A stretch of 44,434 nucleotides of DNA from an uncultured Acidiferrobacterales bacterium (GCA_964355495.1 CAYHES010000004.1:1-44434); one strand, 5' to 3'. Shown: positions 35,072 to 44,396, counted from the first letter of the stretch. Numbers and translations are program-made. The notes: generated by a model from the letters alone, not told the origin.

Positions 35072-35632
35072 ATGCACGACGCGCTGACGATCTGGACCAT
35101 CGGGCACAGCAATCGCTCGATCGAAGAGCTGATCGCCATGCTGTCGGAAGCCGGGATCGCCACACTCGTGGATGTGCGCGCCCAGCCGCGCTCCGCGCGC
35201 CATCCGCAGTTCAACGAGCAAAGCCTGCGCGCGTCCTGCGGCCAGGCGAGTATCGTTTACCACTGGGCCGGCCGGCACCTGGGCGGCAAGCGCGCGCTGC
35301 AATTCAATTCGCCGCACAGCGCGCTGGATGAAGGCCGGCGCGGATTCGCCGATCACATGGGCACGGAGGCCTTCAGGCGCGCGGTCAGCCAGGTTGTGAA
35401 CCTCGCCGCGCGCGCGCCGACCGCCATGCTCTGCGCCGAACGCGATCCGCAGCAGTGCCATCGCGCGCTCATCGCCGATTACCTTGTTCTGCAAGGCTTG
35501 CGCGTCGTGCATCTCATGGCGTCGGGCGCGAGTCACGAGCATCTGCTGAGTCCGCAGGCGCGCCGCGAGTCGGCGGCGCTCATCTATGACCGGCAGGCGA
35601 CCGCCGAACTCGATCTCGGCGGGCCGGGATAG
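35072..35632 (+). CDS. DUF488 domain protein
   Basis: IWTIGHSNRSIEELIAML...LVDVRAQPRS...FN...LCAERDPQQCHR DUF488 pattern. Confidence 0.8.
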   Translation: MHDALTIWTIGHSNRSIEELIAMLSEAGIATLVDVRAQPRSARHPQFNEQSLRASCGQASIVYHWAGRHLGGKRALQFNSPHSALDEGRRGFADHMGTEAFRRAVSQVVNLAARAPTAMLCAERDPQQCHRALIADYLVLQGLRVVHLMASGASHEHLLSPQARRESAALIYDRQATAELDLGGPG

Positions 35633-35744
35633 CCCCCTCAAGCCGGGGCGTTCCCGGCCGATACAATAGACTATTCTCTTAAATAGTCATTCAACCTGAG
35701 TGTCGGCCGGGAACGCCCGGCACGGCCGCGTGCGCTGACCAAAC

Positions 35745-38159
35745 ATGGATAGCCGGATTGCCGGAAAAACCCTTGGCCGGTTTCAGCTTGTCGGCGTCCT
35801 GGGCGAAGGGTCGCAGGGCACGGTGTATCTGGCCGATGACGCACACCTCGGTCGCCAGGTGGCGATCAAGACACTGAACCTGGCCCCGACCGACCGTATC
35901 GCGACGGTTCGGCGCCTGGCGCAGGAAGCGCGCAATGTCAGCCGCCTCAGCCATCCGCACATTGTCACGCTGTATGACGCCGGTGAATCCGACGGCGAGC
36001 CTTATCTGGTCTTCGAATACGTGCCGGGCGAAACCCTGGCGTGGGTACTGGAGCGCGAGACGCGCTTGCCACTCAATCGTGCGGTCACGATCACCATCCA
36101 GATTCTGGAAGGCGTGGCGTGCGCGCACGAACACAAGGTGCTGCACCGCGATCTCAAGCCGGGCAACATTATTTTCGATGCCGCCGGGCGTGCGCGCATT
36201 GCGGATTTCGGCATCAGCACGCCGCTGTCCACGACCGCCGGTGGGGCTTTCGCCGGAACACCCTTGTATGCCGCGCCGGAGTATGTCGCGCGCGGCGAGT
36301 TTCTGCCGCAATCCGATCTGTATGCAGTCGCGGCCATGCTCTACGAGATGATCGCCGGTCGTACCGCCGCGCAGGGCGAGACGGTAAAAGAAGTCTTGCA
36401 GCGTGTGCTGCAGGAAGATGCGTCGCCGCCATCGCGCCACAACAGCGAGGTGGATGAGAAGCTCGATGCGCTGGTATTGCGCGGACTGGTCCGGCGCCCG
36501 GAGCAGCGTTACCGCACGGCGCGTGAGATGATTGACGCGCTGCGTGCCTGGCTCGAACCGGAGACGCCACCCGCGCTGACCACCGAGGCGAACCAGAGCA
36601 CCATCGAGTTTCTGCTGCGGCGCATGCGCGTGAAAAGCGAGTTTCCGGCGCTGTCCCACAGCATTCGCAGCATCAACCGCATTGCCTCCTCGGACAAGGA
36701 AAGCGCCAGCACCCTCGGGCGCGTGATCCTCAAGGACTTCGCCCTCACCAATCGCCTGCTCAAGCTGGTCAACGCCGCCACGTTCGGCCAGTACGGCAAG
36801 GTGAGCACGATTTCCCGCGCGGTAGTGATCGTCGGTTTCGAGGTGGTGCGCAGCATGGCGGTCACGCTGCTGTTTCTCGATCACCTGCAGAACAAGGCGC
36901 AGGCCGAAAGTCTCAAGGAAGACGTGGTCGGCTCGCTGCTGAGCGGCCTGCTTGCCCGGCAGATCGCCGGCGGTGACCTGCGCGACAACGAGGAGGCCTA
37001 CATCTGTGCGGTCTATCAGAACCTCGGCCGGCTGCTCGCTACCTATTACTTCTACGAAGAATCGCAGGAGATCGAGCGGCTCATGGCCAGCAAGCATTTC
37101 AGCGAGGAGCGCGCATCGAGCCAAGTACTGGGGGTCAGTTACGAACAGCTCGGGATCGAAATCGCCAAGACCTGGAGTTTCCCGGAGCGCATCCTCTACA
37201 GCATGAGCAAGATCGGCGCCGGCAAGGCGCCGCCCCAGAAAACCGCGGACGATCGGGCGCGGGTCATCGCCAACCTGGCCGATGAGCTGCGCGCGATCGC
37301 GACCACCGTCCCGGCGGATGAATCGGCCGTGCGGCTCAAGCAGATCAGCGAGCGCTACGCGGACTGCATGCAGTTCGACGTCACGCAGCTCAAGCGCATC
37401 ACACAGGATGCCGTGCAGGAAATTACCAAGGAAGCGTCTCTTTTCAATCTCGATCTCAAGAACAGCGGTGTGATGCGCCAGGCTCGGTCCTGGGCGGCGG
37501 AGGCGGGGACGAATGCCAGCGTGCACGGGGAAAACAGCAAGCCGGACGCACTCGGTGAAACCGACCTGGAAAGAACGCTGATCAGAGACGAAGGCAGCGC
37601 GGCGGCGGAAACCGTGACGTCCACCGGCGGCAAACCGGAGAACGCCGCCGCGATCCTGAGTGCCGGCATTCAGGACATCACCAACACCCTGGTGTCGGAA
37701 TACCAGCTCAACGACCTGCTCAACATGATCATGGAGACCATGTATCGCGGCATGGGGTTCGCGCGCGTGTTGCTGGCGGTGCGCGATGCGCGCAGCGGAC
37801 TGATTGCCGGGCGCTTCGCCCTCGGCGAGGGCGGCGACAACCTGGCGCGCCGGTTCTCGTTTCCGCTCGCCGGCAATCCGGACCTGTTTCGCCTGGCCGT
37901 TTCGCAGGGCCGCGACATCCTGATCTCCGACGCGCACGCCGAGAAGGTGCATGCGCAGTTGCCCGAGTGGTATCGCACCCATGTGCACGCATCGGCGTTT
38001 GTGTTGTTCCCGATTCTGGTCGGAAAGAATCCGGTGGGTCTTTTCTATGCCGATGTGCTCGGCGAGACTCCCTTGCAGATCGCGCGCGAGGAGGCCAACC
38101 TGCTGGTGACGTTGCGCAACCAGGCGGTGCTCGCCTTCAAAAACGCCGCCGCGGGCTGA
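35745..38159 (+). CDS. Ser/Thr protein kinase fused to HDOD and GAF domains
   Basis: Kinase: GEGSQGTVY, VAIK, HRDLKPGNIIF, DFGIS, YAAPEY. Middle: FPALSHSIRSINRIASS...LTNRLLKLVNAATFG...VSTISRAVVIVGFEVVRSM (HDOD). C-terminal: LNDLLNMIMETMYRGMGFARVLLAV...PVGLFYAD (GAF-like). Confidence 0.8.
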   Translation: MDSRIAGKTLGRFQLVGVLGEGSQGTVYLADDAHLGRQVAIKTLNLAPTDRIATVRRLAQEARNVSRLSHPHIVTLYDAGESDGEPYLVFEYVPGETLAWVLERETRLPLNRAVTITIQILEGVACAHEHKVLHRDLKPGNIIFDAAGRARIADFGISTPLSTTAGGAFAGTPLYAAPEYVARGEFLPQSDLYAVAAMLYEMIAGRTAAQGETVKEVLQRVLQEDASPPSRHNSEVDEKLDALVLRGLVRRPEQRYRTAREMIDALRAWLEPETPPALTTEANQSTIEFLLRRMRVKSEFPALSHSIRSINRIASSDKESASTLGRVILKDFALTNRLLKLVNAATFGQYGKVSTISRAVVIVGFEVVRSMAVTLLFLDHLQNKAQAESLKEDVVGSLLSGLLARQIAGGDLRDNEEAYICAVYQNLGRLLATYYFYEESQEIERLMASKHFSEERASSQVLGVSYEQLGIEIAKTWSFPERILYSMSKIGAGKAPPQKTADDRARVIANLADELRAIATTVPADESAVRLKQISERYADCMQFDVTQLKRITQDAVQEITKEASLFNLDLKNSGVMRQARSWAAEAGTNASVHGENSKPDALGETDLERTLIRDEGSAAAETVTSTGGKPENAAAILSAGIQDITNTLVSEYQLNDLLNMIMETMYRGMGFARVLLAVRDARSGLIAGRFALGEGGDNLARRFSFPLAGNPDLFRLAVSQGRDILISDAHAEKVHAQLPEWYRTHVHASAFVLFPILVGKNPVGLFYADVLGETPLQIAREEANLLVTLRNQAVLAFKNAAAG

Positions 38160-38287
38160 TTGTCGCCGCGCGCGCTTGTATTTTTCACCCGTGCGAAGGC
38201 ATCTGCTGAAAGACGGCCTCCTGCATTGTCCCGGAGAGAACAGTGCTCAGCGCGCCTGCCCGTCGCGGCCGACTGAGTCAGACGGCA

Positions 38288-38938
38288 TTATTGCCGGTGT
38301 GACCTTAGACGCTCCAGCCCTTCGCGCGCGATCTCGCGCACGTCGGCAACCTCATCCTGCAGCAGATGCTCAAGGTGCGGCTGTACCGAGGAGCTGAGCG
38401 TGAGCGACAGGAGATGCGCGGCATCGCCGCGGATATGGGCATCGCGGTGCGCGCTGAGCGCAATCAGCGCCGCGACCGCGCGTTGCAGCGCGGCATCGCC
38501 TTCCAGCCCTTCAAACACGGCGTTGATGCCGATGCGCACGGTCAGTTCGGTATCCGGGTCGCCGAGCAGCCGCAGCAACGCATCCAACGCCGCCGGGTCG
38601 CGCGCGGCCTGCGCGCTCACCTTCGGCAATGCGCCTTCCTTCAGGAGTTCGTGGAAATATTCAGCCAGTCCCTCGGGCGTGCCGGCGCGTTCCACCCACT
38701 GCTTGAACTCGGCCGGCGAACGCAGGCCTTCCAGCTCGAACGGCCCGAGTCGTACCCACGGGACGGTGCGCACGCCGTATTGCTGAGCGATATCCGGGTG
38801 CGCGCCGATGTTCACGACTTCGAGGCGGCCGATGTCGCCGCTTTTCACCAGATCGCTCAGCGCGGCGAGCACTGTCGGACAATACGGGCAGGTGGAGGTA
38901 AGGAGCAGCAGTGCGTCCGGGCGATCAGTGAGAGGCAT
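38288..38938 (-). CDS. thioredoxin/glutaredoxin-like (CPYC) domain fused to HEAT-like repeats
   Basis: LLLLTSTCPYCPTVL...VRTVPWV thioredoxin-fold N-terminus. The helical C-terminal half has a repeated ...LLRLLGDPD...AALIALSAHRD...LLQDEV pattern. ATG 38938 has aagga about 10 nt upstream. Confidence 0.65.
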   Translation of the reverse strand: MPLTDRPDALLLLTSTCPYCPTVLAALSDLVKSGDIGRLEVVNIGAHPDIAQQYGVRTVPWVRLGPFELEGLRSPAEFKQWVERAGTPEGLAEYFHELLKEGALPKVSAQAARDPAALDALLRLLGDPDTELTVRIGINAVFEGLEGDAALQRAVAALIALSAHRDAHIRGDAAHLLSLTLSSSVQPHLEHLLQDEVADVREIAREGLERLRSHRQ

Positions 38939-39039
38939 GGCGGGCATTTCCTTGGGTTTCTTCAGGGCTGGGCGCAAGTGGAATCATATCCGTTTTGTGA
39001 CCCCGCAAGCGGGTGGCTTTGAAATTACTCACAAGATAG

Positions 39040-41493
39040 GTGGTCGGGAAAGGATGGGGTAAACTCGATAAAAACAAGTTTGTTTCATTTCCACCGATAT
39101 CTTCCTGGGGAGCGGATTCCGCTTTGAACGAGGCCGATACCTGCCGCCGGTTGGTGGTGCCCAAGCTGCAAGTGGCCGGCTGGGACAACGAACCGCATTC
39201 GATCGCCGAGCAACGCACCGTCACCGATGGGCGTATCGTGCCGGTCGGCAAGGGCTTCATCCGCAAACCACCCAAGCGCGTGGATTACCTGCTGCGCTAC
39301 ACGCGCGACTTCCCGCTCGCCGTGGTTGAGGCCAAAGCGGGCTATAAATCCGCCGCAGACGGAATGCAGCAGGCCAGGCAGTACGCCGAGATGCTGGACT
39401 TGAAGTTTGCCTATGCGACGAATGGGCGCGAAATAATCGAGTTCGACTATTTTACGGGTCGCGAGATACCCGTTACGGACTATCCGACACCGGCTCAGCT
39501 CTGGCAGCGTTACCGCACCGGCAGCGGCGTCAAGGATCAGCAAGCCGCCGAGCGCCTGCTTACGCCCTTCAATCACGCCGTCGGCAAGGGCGAGCGTTAC
39601 TACCAACAAATCGCCATCAACCGTACGATCGAGGCTATTCTGAAGGAGCAGCGGCGTCTGCTCATTACGATGGCGACCGGCACGGGCAAGACGGTCGTGG
39701 CCTTTCAAATCTGCTGGAAGCTGTGGAACGCCCGCTGGAACCGCACCGGCGATCACCGCCGTCCGCGCATTCTCTATCTCGCGGACCGCAACATTCTGGT
39801 GGATCAACCGAAGGATGGCATATTCGCGGCCTTCGGCGATGCGCGCTACAAGATCGAATTCGGCGAAGTCGTTCAGAGCCGCGAGATGTACTTCGCCATC
39901 TATCAGGCGCTGGCCGAGGACGAGCGGCGTGCCGGTCTGTTCAGGGCCTATGCGCCGGATTTCTTCGACCTCGTGATTGTGGACGAATGCCACCGCGGCA
40001 GCGCGCGTGACGACAGCGCTTGGCGCAGCATCCTTGATTACTTCGAGCCCGCGGTGCAGCTCGGCATGACGGCTACTCCGTTGCGCGAAGAAAGCCGCGA
40101 CACTTATCTCTATTTCGGCAACCCGATCTACGAATACAGTCTGCGCCAGGGCATCGAGGACGGCTTCCTCGCGCCATATCGCGTGCATCGGGTCATTACC
40201 GAATGGGACGCCGCCGGCTGGCGCCCTAGCAGGGATGAGCTGGACCGCTATGGTCGCGCCATCCCTGACGATGAATACCAGACCAAGGATTTCGAGCGGG
40301 CCGTGGCATTGCGTGCCCGCACCGAAACCATCGCGCGCCACCTCACCGACTTCCTCAAAAAGACCGATCGCTTCGCCAAGACCATCGTCTTCTGCGTGGA
40401 TCAGGAACACGCCAGCGAAATGCGCCAAGCTCTGAACAATCTCAATAATGATCTGGTTGCCCAGCACCCGGATTACGTCTGCCGCGTCACCTCCGACGAA
40501 GGCGATATCGGGCGCGGCCACCTCAGCCGCTTTCAGGACGTGGATACCCAAACACCCACGATCCTCACCACCTCGCAGTTGCTCACCACTGGCGTTGATG
40601 CGCCGACCTGCAAGAACGTGGTCCTTGCCCGCGTCATCGGTTCCATGAGCGAGTTCAAGCAGATCATCGGGCGTGGCACGCGCGTGCGCGACGACTACGG
40701 CAAGCTCTGGTTCAACATTCTCGACTACACCGGCTCGGCCACGCGCCTGTTCGCCGATCCAGATTTTGACGGCGATCCGGTGAGGCTGACCGAAGAAGAG
40801 CTAATGGCAAGCGGTGAAGTCCGCGTCATCACGGACAGCGTGCTGTATCCGGAAGGAGCGGAAGAGCAGATTGCCCACGGGCCAGAAGGTGGCGTGATGG
40901 AACCGCCTGCCGATGAGCGCCGCAAGTATTACTTCGATGGCGGCCAGGTCGAAATCGCCGCGCATCTGGTGTACGAGCTGGACCCGGACGGCAAGCAACT
41001 GCGCGTGGTGCGCTACACCGACTACGCCGTTGAGAAGATTCGTTCGCTCTGTCCCACGGCCAAAGAGTTGCGCGACCAATGGGCCGACCCCGAGCGCCGT
41101 TCAGAAATCATCCGCAGCCTGGAAGAGCGCGGCGTGAGCTTTACCGAACTGGCCGAGGCTGCCCAACAGCCCGAGGCCGACCCGTTCGATCTGTTGTGCC
41201 ATCTCGCCTTCAACGCGCCGCTGCGCACCCGCCGCGAACGGGCGCAGCGCCTGAAAAGCGAGCGCAAGGACTTCTTCGACCGTTACGGCCCCGAGGCGCG
41301 CCAGATTTTGGATGAGCTTTTGGAGAAATACGCCGAGCACGGCAACGCGCAGTTCGTCCTGCCCGATGTGCTGCACGTTCCGCCGCTTTCCGGGCACGGC
41401 ACCATCCGCGAGATCAGCGCCGCCTTCGGCGGCGCCGACAAGCTGCGGGCGGCCGTGCACGACCTGCAAAACCTGCTGTATGCCGCGTCGTGA
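39040..41493 (+). CDS. hsdR: type I restriction enzyme R subunit (HsdR, EcoEI_R_C-type)
   Basis: LNEADTCRRLVVPKLQVAGW (HsdR_N), MATGTGKT, VDECHRG, MTATP, QIIGRGTR, and a C-terminal ...PFDLLCHLAFN...FFDRYG...LLEKY EcoEI R C-terminal domain. Family N-termini usually begin right at NEADTCR, so TTG 39124 is a plausible true start. Confidence 0.9.
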   Translation: MVGKGWGKLDKNKFVSFPPISSWGADSALNEADTCRRLVVPKLQVAGWDNEPHSIAEQRTVTDGRIVPVGKGFIRKPPKRVDYLLRYTRDFPLAVVEAKAGYKSAADGMQQARQYAEMLDLKFAYATNGREIIEFDYFTGREIPVTDYPTPAQLWQRYRTGSGVKDQQAAERLLTPFNHAVGKGERYYQQIAINRTIEAILKEQRRLLITMATGTGKTVVAFQICWKLWNARWNRTGDHRRPRILYLADRNILVDQPKDGIFAAFGDARYKIEFGEVVQSREMYFAIYQALAEDERRAGLFRAYAPDFFDLVIVDECHRGSARDDSAWRSILDYFEPAVQLGMTATPLREESRDTYLYFGNPIYEYSLRQGIEDGFLAPYRVHRVITEWDAAGWRPSRDELDRYGRAIPDDEYQTKDFERAVALRARTETIARHLTDFLKKTDRFAKTIVFCVDQEHASEMRQALNNLNNDLVAQHPDYVCRVTSDEGDIGRGHLSRFQDVDTQTPTILTTSQLLTTGVDAPTCKNVVLARVIGSMSEFKQIIGRGTRVRDDYGKLWFNILDYTGSATRLFADPDFDGDPVRLTEEELMASGEVRVITDSVLYPEGAEEQIAHGPEGGVMEPPADERRKYYFDGGQVEIAAHLVYELDPDGKQLRVVRYTDYAVEKIRSLCPTAKELRDQWADPERRSEIIRSLEERGVSFTELAEAAQQPEADPFDLLCHLAFNAPLRTRRERAQRLKSERKDFFDRYGPEARQILDELLEKYAEHGNAQFVLPDVLHVPPLSGHGTIREISAAFGGADKLRAAVHDLQNLLYAAS

Positions 41494-41520
41494 AACGAGG
41501 AAGTATGTGTAAGGATGATT

Positions 41521-42041
41521 CTGGATTGCTTCGCGCCCGTTGGGCGCTCGCAATGACGAGGCTGGGTCCACCGTTCTGTCATTGCGAGGAGGGCGCGGCC
41601 CGACGAAGCAATCCAGCCATCAGCCAGAACCCATTGCACGAATCCTGGTGGGGCCCATGAAACAGCCATGCGTTTACATCATGGCAAGCCAACGAAACGG
41701 CACGCTGTATACGGGAGTCACTTCAAACCTCGTTCAGCGCGTCTACCAGCACAAGGAAAGTCTGGCGGAGGGTTTCACCTGCAAATACGGTTGCAAGATG
41801 CTGGTTTGGTACGAGCCGCACGAAACGATGGAAAGCGCCATCCAGAGGGAGAAACAGATCAAAGCGGGAAGTCGTGCGAAAAAGCTGGCGCGGATTGAGG
41901 CCGCAAATCCGGCATGGCGGGATTTGTACGATGAGATCGTATAGCTTGGATTGCTTCGCGCCCTTCGGTCGCTCGCAATGACGGGGCTGCATCAGCCGTT
42001 GCGTCATTGCGAGGAGGGCGGAGCCCGACGAAGCAATCCAG
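41521..42041 (+). mobile_element. candidate mini-cassette: hairpin repeat, GIY-YIG gene, hairpin repeat
   Basis: Two direct ~96-nt nested-palindrome repeats (41521-41616 and 41945-42041, about 12 mismatches by eye) immediately bracket one small nuclease ORF inside the hsdR-hsdM spacer. Confidence 0.4.
41657..41944 (+). CDS. GIY-YIG nuclease-family protein (UPF0213-like, 95 aa)
   Basis: CVYIMASQRNGTLYTGVTSNLVQRVYQHK...KMLVWYE...AIQREKQIKAGSRAKK, a GIY / YxG / R / E pattern of the small stand-alone GIY-YIG proteins. Confidence 0.85.
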   Translation: MKQPCVYIMASQRNGTLYTGVTSNLVQRVYQHKESLAEGFTCKYGCKMLVWYEPHETMESAIQREKQIKAGSRAKKLARIEAANPAWRDLYDEIV

Positions 42042-42096
42042 AAACAGCCCGGAAGCTTCCCGGAAACATCCAATATAGAGCGAGAGAACACGCGTA

Positions 42097-43671
42097 ATGC
42101 CCCGAACCAAGAAAACCAAAGCGATGGCGGACAAACCCCAGACCACCGCCCAGTCCCTCGGCAGCCTGATCAAGTCCGCGCGCGACATCATGCGCAAGGA
42201 CAAGGGCCTGAACGGCGATCTCGACCGCCTGCCGATGCTCACCTGGATCATGTTCCTCAAGTTTCTGGACGATCTGGAGATGCAGCGCAAGGACGAAGCC
42301 GACCTGGCCGGCACGAAATTCCGCCCGGCTGTCGAGAAACCTTACCGCTGGCGCGACTGGGCGGCGCAGGCCGATGGCATTACCGGCGATGAGTTGCTCG
42401 CGTTCATCAATCAGGACAAGTGCCGGCGGCCGGATGGAACCAAAGGCGCCGGTCTGTTCGCCTATCTGCGCAATCTCACGAGTTCCAACGGTGACAACCG
42501 CCGCGATGTGATCGCCACCGTGTTCAAGGGCGTGGACAACCGCATGAAGAGCGGTTACCTGCTTCGCGATGTGATCAACAAGGTGAACGGCATCCATTTC
42601 ACCGCCAGCGACGAGCTGCATACCTTGGGTAGCCTGTACGAATCCATGCTGCGCGAGATGCGCGACGCGGCCGGCGATTCCGGTGAGTTCTACACGCCGC
42701 GCGCGGTGGTGCGTTTCATGGTCGATGCGGTCGATCCACGGCTTGGCGAAACCGTGCTCGACCCGGCCTGCGGCACCGGCGGGTTCCTGGTCGAGGTATT
42801 CAGTCACTTGAGCCGGCAGGTGAAGACCGTTGCCGACCGAAAGCTGCTCCAGACACGCTCGGTCACTGGCTACGAGGCCAAGCCGCTGCCGTACCTGCTG
42901 GCGCAGATGAACCTGCTGCTGCACGGGCTCGACGCGCCACAGATCGACCCCGGCAACGCGTTGCGCTTCAAACTTACCGAGATCGGCGAGAAGGAGCGCG
43001 TAAACGTGATCCTCACCAACCCGCCGTTCGGCGGCGAGGAAGAAAAGGGTATCCAGGGCAACTTTCCCGAAGACCGCCAGACTGCTGAAACCGCGCTGCT
43101 GTTCCTGCAACTCATCATGCGCCGGCTCAAGAAAAACCCCTCTCCCTCTGGAAGAGGGGCGGGGGCGAGGGCCGCGCGCGCCGCCGTGGTTGTTCCTAAC
43201 GGCATGTTGTTCGGCGACGGCGTCTGCGCCCGCGTCAAGGAAGAACTGCTCAAGGACTATAACCTCCACACCATCGTGCGCCTGCCCAACGGTGTGTTCG
43301 CGCCGTACACCAGCATTCCGACCAACCTCCTATTCTTCGACCGCGCCGGTCCGACCAAGGAGGTCTGGTACTACGAACAGCCATTGCCAGAAGGCCGCAA
43401 GAACTACACCAAAACCCAGCCGCTCCAGTTCGAGGAATTCAAGCCGTGCCTCGAATGGTGGAGCAAGCGGGAGGAAAACGATCGCGCCTGGAAAGTGAAT
43501 GCCGAAGAACTGCTCGCCAACAACTGCAACCTCGACCGCAAGAACCCGCGCGGCAAAGTGGACTTCGAGCACCTTCCGCCGGAACAGCTTGCCGATGACA
43601 TCTTGAAGAAGGAACAGCGCATTGCCAAGATCATGGCGGAGATCAAGATTCTGCTGGTGCAGAAGGTGTGA
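42097..43671 (+). CDS. hsdM: type I restriction-modification N6-adenine DNA methyltransferase (HsdM)
   Basis: HsdM_N region (SLIKSARDIMRKDKGL...LTWIMFLKFLDD), FYTPRAVVRFMV, DPACGTGGFL, LTNPPFGG. It contains an in-frame REP family 1 copy at 43137-43171. Confidence 0.9.
   Translation: MPRTKKTKAMADKPQTTAQSLGSLIKSARDIMRKDKGLNGDLDRLPMLTWIMFLKFLDDLEMQRKDEADLAGTKFRPAVEKPYRWRDWAAQADGITGDELLAFINQDKCRRPDGTKGAGLFAYLRNLTSSNGDNRRDVIATVFKGVDNRMKSGYLLRDVINKVNGIHFTASDELHTLGSLYESMLREMRDAAGDSGEFYTPRAVVRFMVDAVDPRLGETVLDPACGTGGFLVEVFSHLSRQVKTVADRKLLQTRSVTGYEAKPLPYLLAQMNLLLHGLDAPQIDPGNALRFKLTEIGEKERVNVILTNPPFGGEEEKGIQGNFPEDRQTAETALLFLQLIMRRLKKNPSPSGRGAGARAARAAVVVPNGMLFGDGVCARVKEELLKDYNLHTIVRLPNGVFAPYTSIPTNLLFFDRAGPTKEVWYYEQPLPEGRKNYTKTQPLQFEEFKPCLEWWSKREENDRAWKVNAEELLANNCNLDRKNPRGKVDFEHLPPEQLADDILKKEQRIAKIMAEIKILLVQKV
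43137..43171. repeat. REP family 1 copy inside the hsdM coding sequence
   Basis: cccctctccctctggaagaggggcgggggcgaggg, translated in frame as PSPSGRGAGAR. Confidence 0.8.
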
Positions 43672-43673
43672 GC

Positions 43674-44396
43674 ATGGCGTGGCCGAAAGTGCGGTTGAGC
43701 GAAGTTCTTACGCATCGTAAGGAGTTCGTGACCATCGACGACCTCCAAACTTACAAGCGCCCACGCGTTCAGTTGCACGCTCAGGGAATCGTGTTGCGGG
43801 ATGAAGTACCCGGCGCACTCATCAAAACAAAGAAACAACAACCTTGTCGCGCAGGCGAGTTTCTCGTTGCCGAGATTGACGCGAAAGTTGGCGGCTTTGG
43901 CATCGTGCCGTCGTCACTCGACGGTTCCATCGTCAGCAGTCACTACTTTCTGTTCATCATTGATGAGACAAAACTCGACCGGCGGTTCCTCGATTTCTTC
44001 ATCCGCACGCCAGCGTTTCGCGAGCAGGTCGCGGCACAAGGGTCAACGAACTACGCAGCGATTCGACCTGCGCATGTGCTTGGCTACGAAATCCCCCTGC
44101 CACCGTTGGCCGAACAGCGGCGCATCGTTGCGCGTATCGAAGCACTGGCCACTAATATCTCCGAAGCCCGTTCCCTTCGCCAGCAGGCCGTCGAGGAAAC
44201 CGAAGCGCTTTGGGAACGCGGCGCATCCAAGATTTTCGACAGAGCCGCGGAGACAAATCCCATCCGGCCACTCATAGACCTCGTGGCAATTCGTGGTGGA
44301 GGAACGCCATCGAAGTCCGACCCATTCTACTGGGAAGGCGCAATTCCATGGATTACGCCCAAGGACATGAAGCGTCGCGAGCTTAGTCGGTGTTAA
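43674..44396 (+). CDS. hsdS: type I R-M specificity subunit HsdS, truncated early in its second target-recognition domain
   Basis: TRD1, then the conserved helix PLPPLAEQRRIVARIEALATNISEARSLRQQAVEETEALW, then the start of TRD2 (GGGTPSKSDPFYWEGAIPWITPKDM). It stops abruptly at KRRELSRC-TAA-TAA, followed by AT-rich sequence. The start overlaps the hsdM stop region (GTG 43668 or ATG 43674). Confidence 0.8.
   Translation: MAWPKVRLSEVLTHRKEFVTIDDLQTYKRPRVQLHAQGIVLRDEVPGALIKTKKQQPCRAGEFLVAEIDAKVGGFGIVPSSLDGSIVSSHYFLFIIDETKLDRRFLDFFIRTPAFREQVAAQGSTNYAAIRPAHVLGYEIPLPPLAEQRRIVARIEALATNISEARSLRQQAVEETEALWERGASKIFDRAAETNPIRPLIDLVAIRGGGTPSKSDPFYWEGAIPWITPKDMKRRELSRC

Noticed and set aside
35691-37988. 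Very long antisense ORFs opposite real genes: 765 aa here, plus 25762..27246 (-), 42004..43269 (-), 39085..40551 (-), 18875..20419 (+), 30013..31311 (-) and 9993..11021 (-).
   Set aside because: These are typical stop-codon-poor shadow frames of GC-rich DNA. Translations are Arg/Ala/Gly/Pro-rich with no motifs, and the opposite strand carries clearly recognisable proteins.
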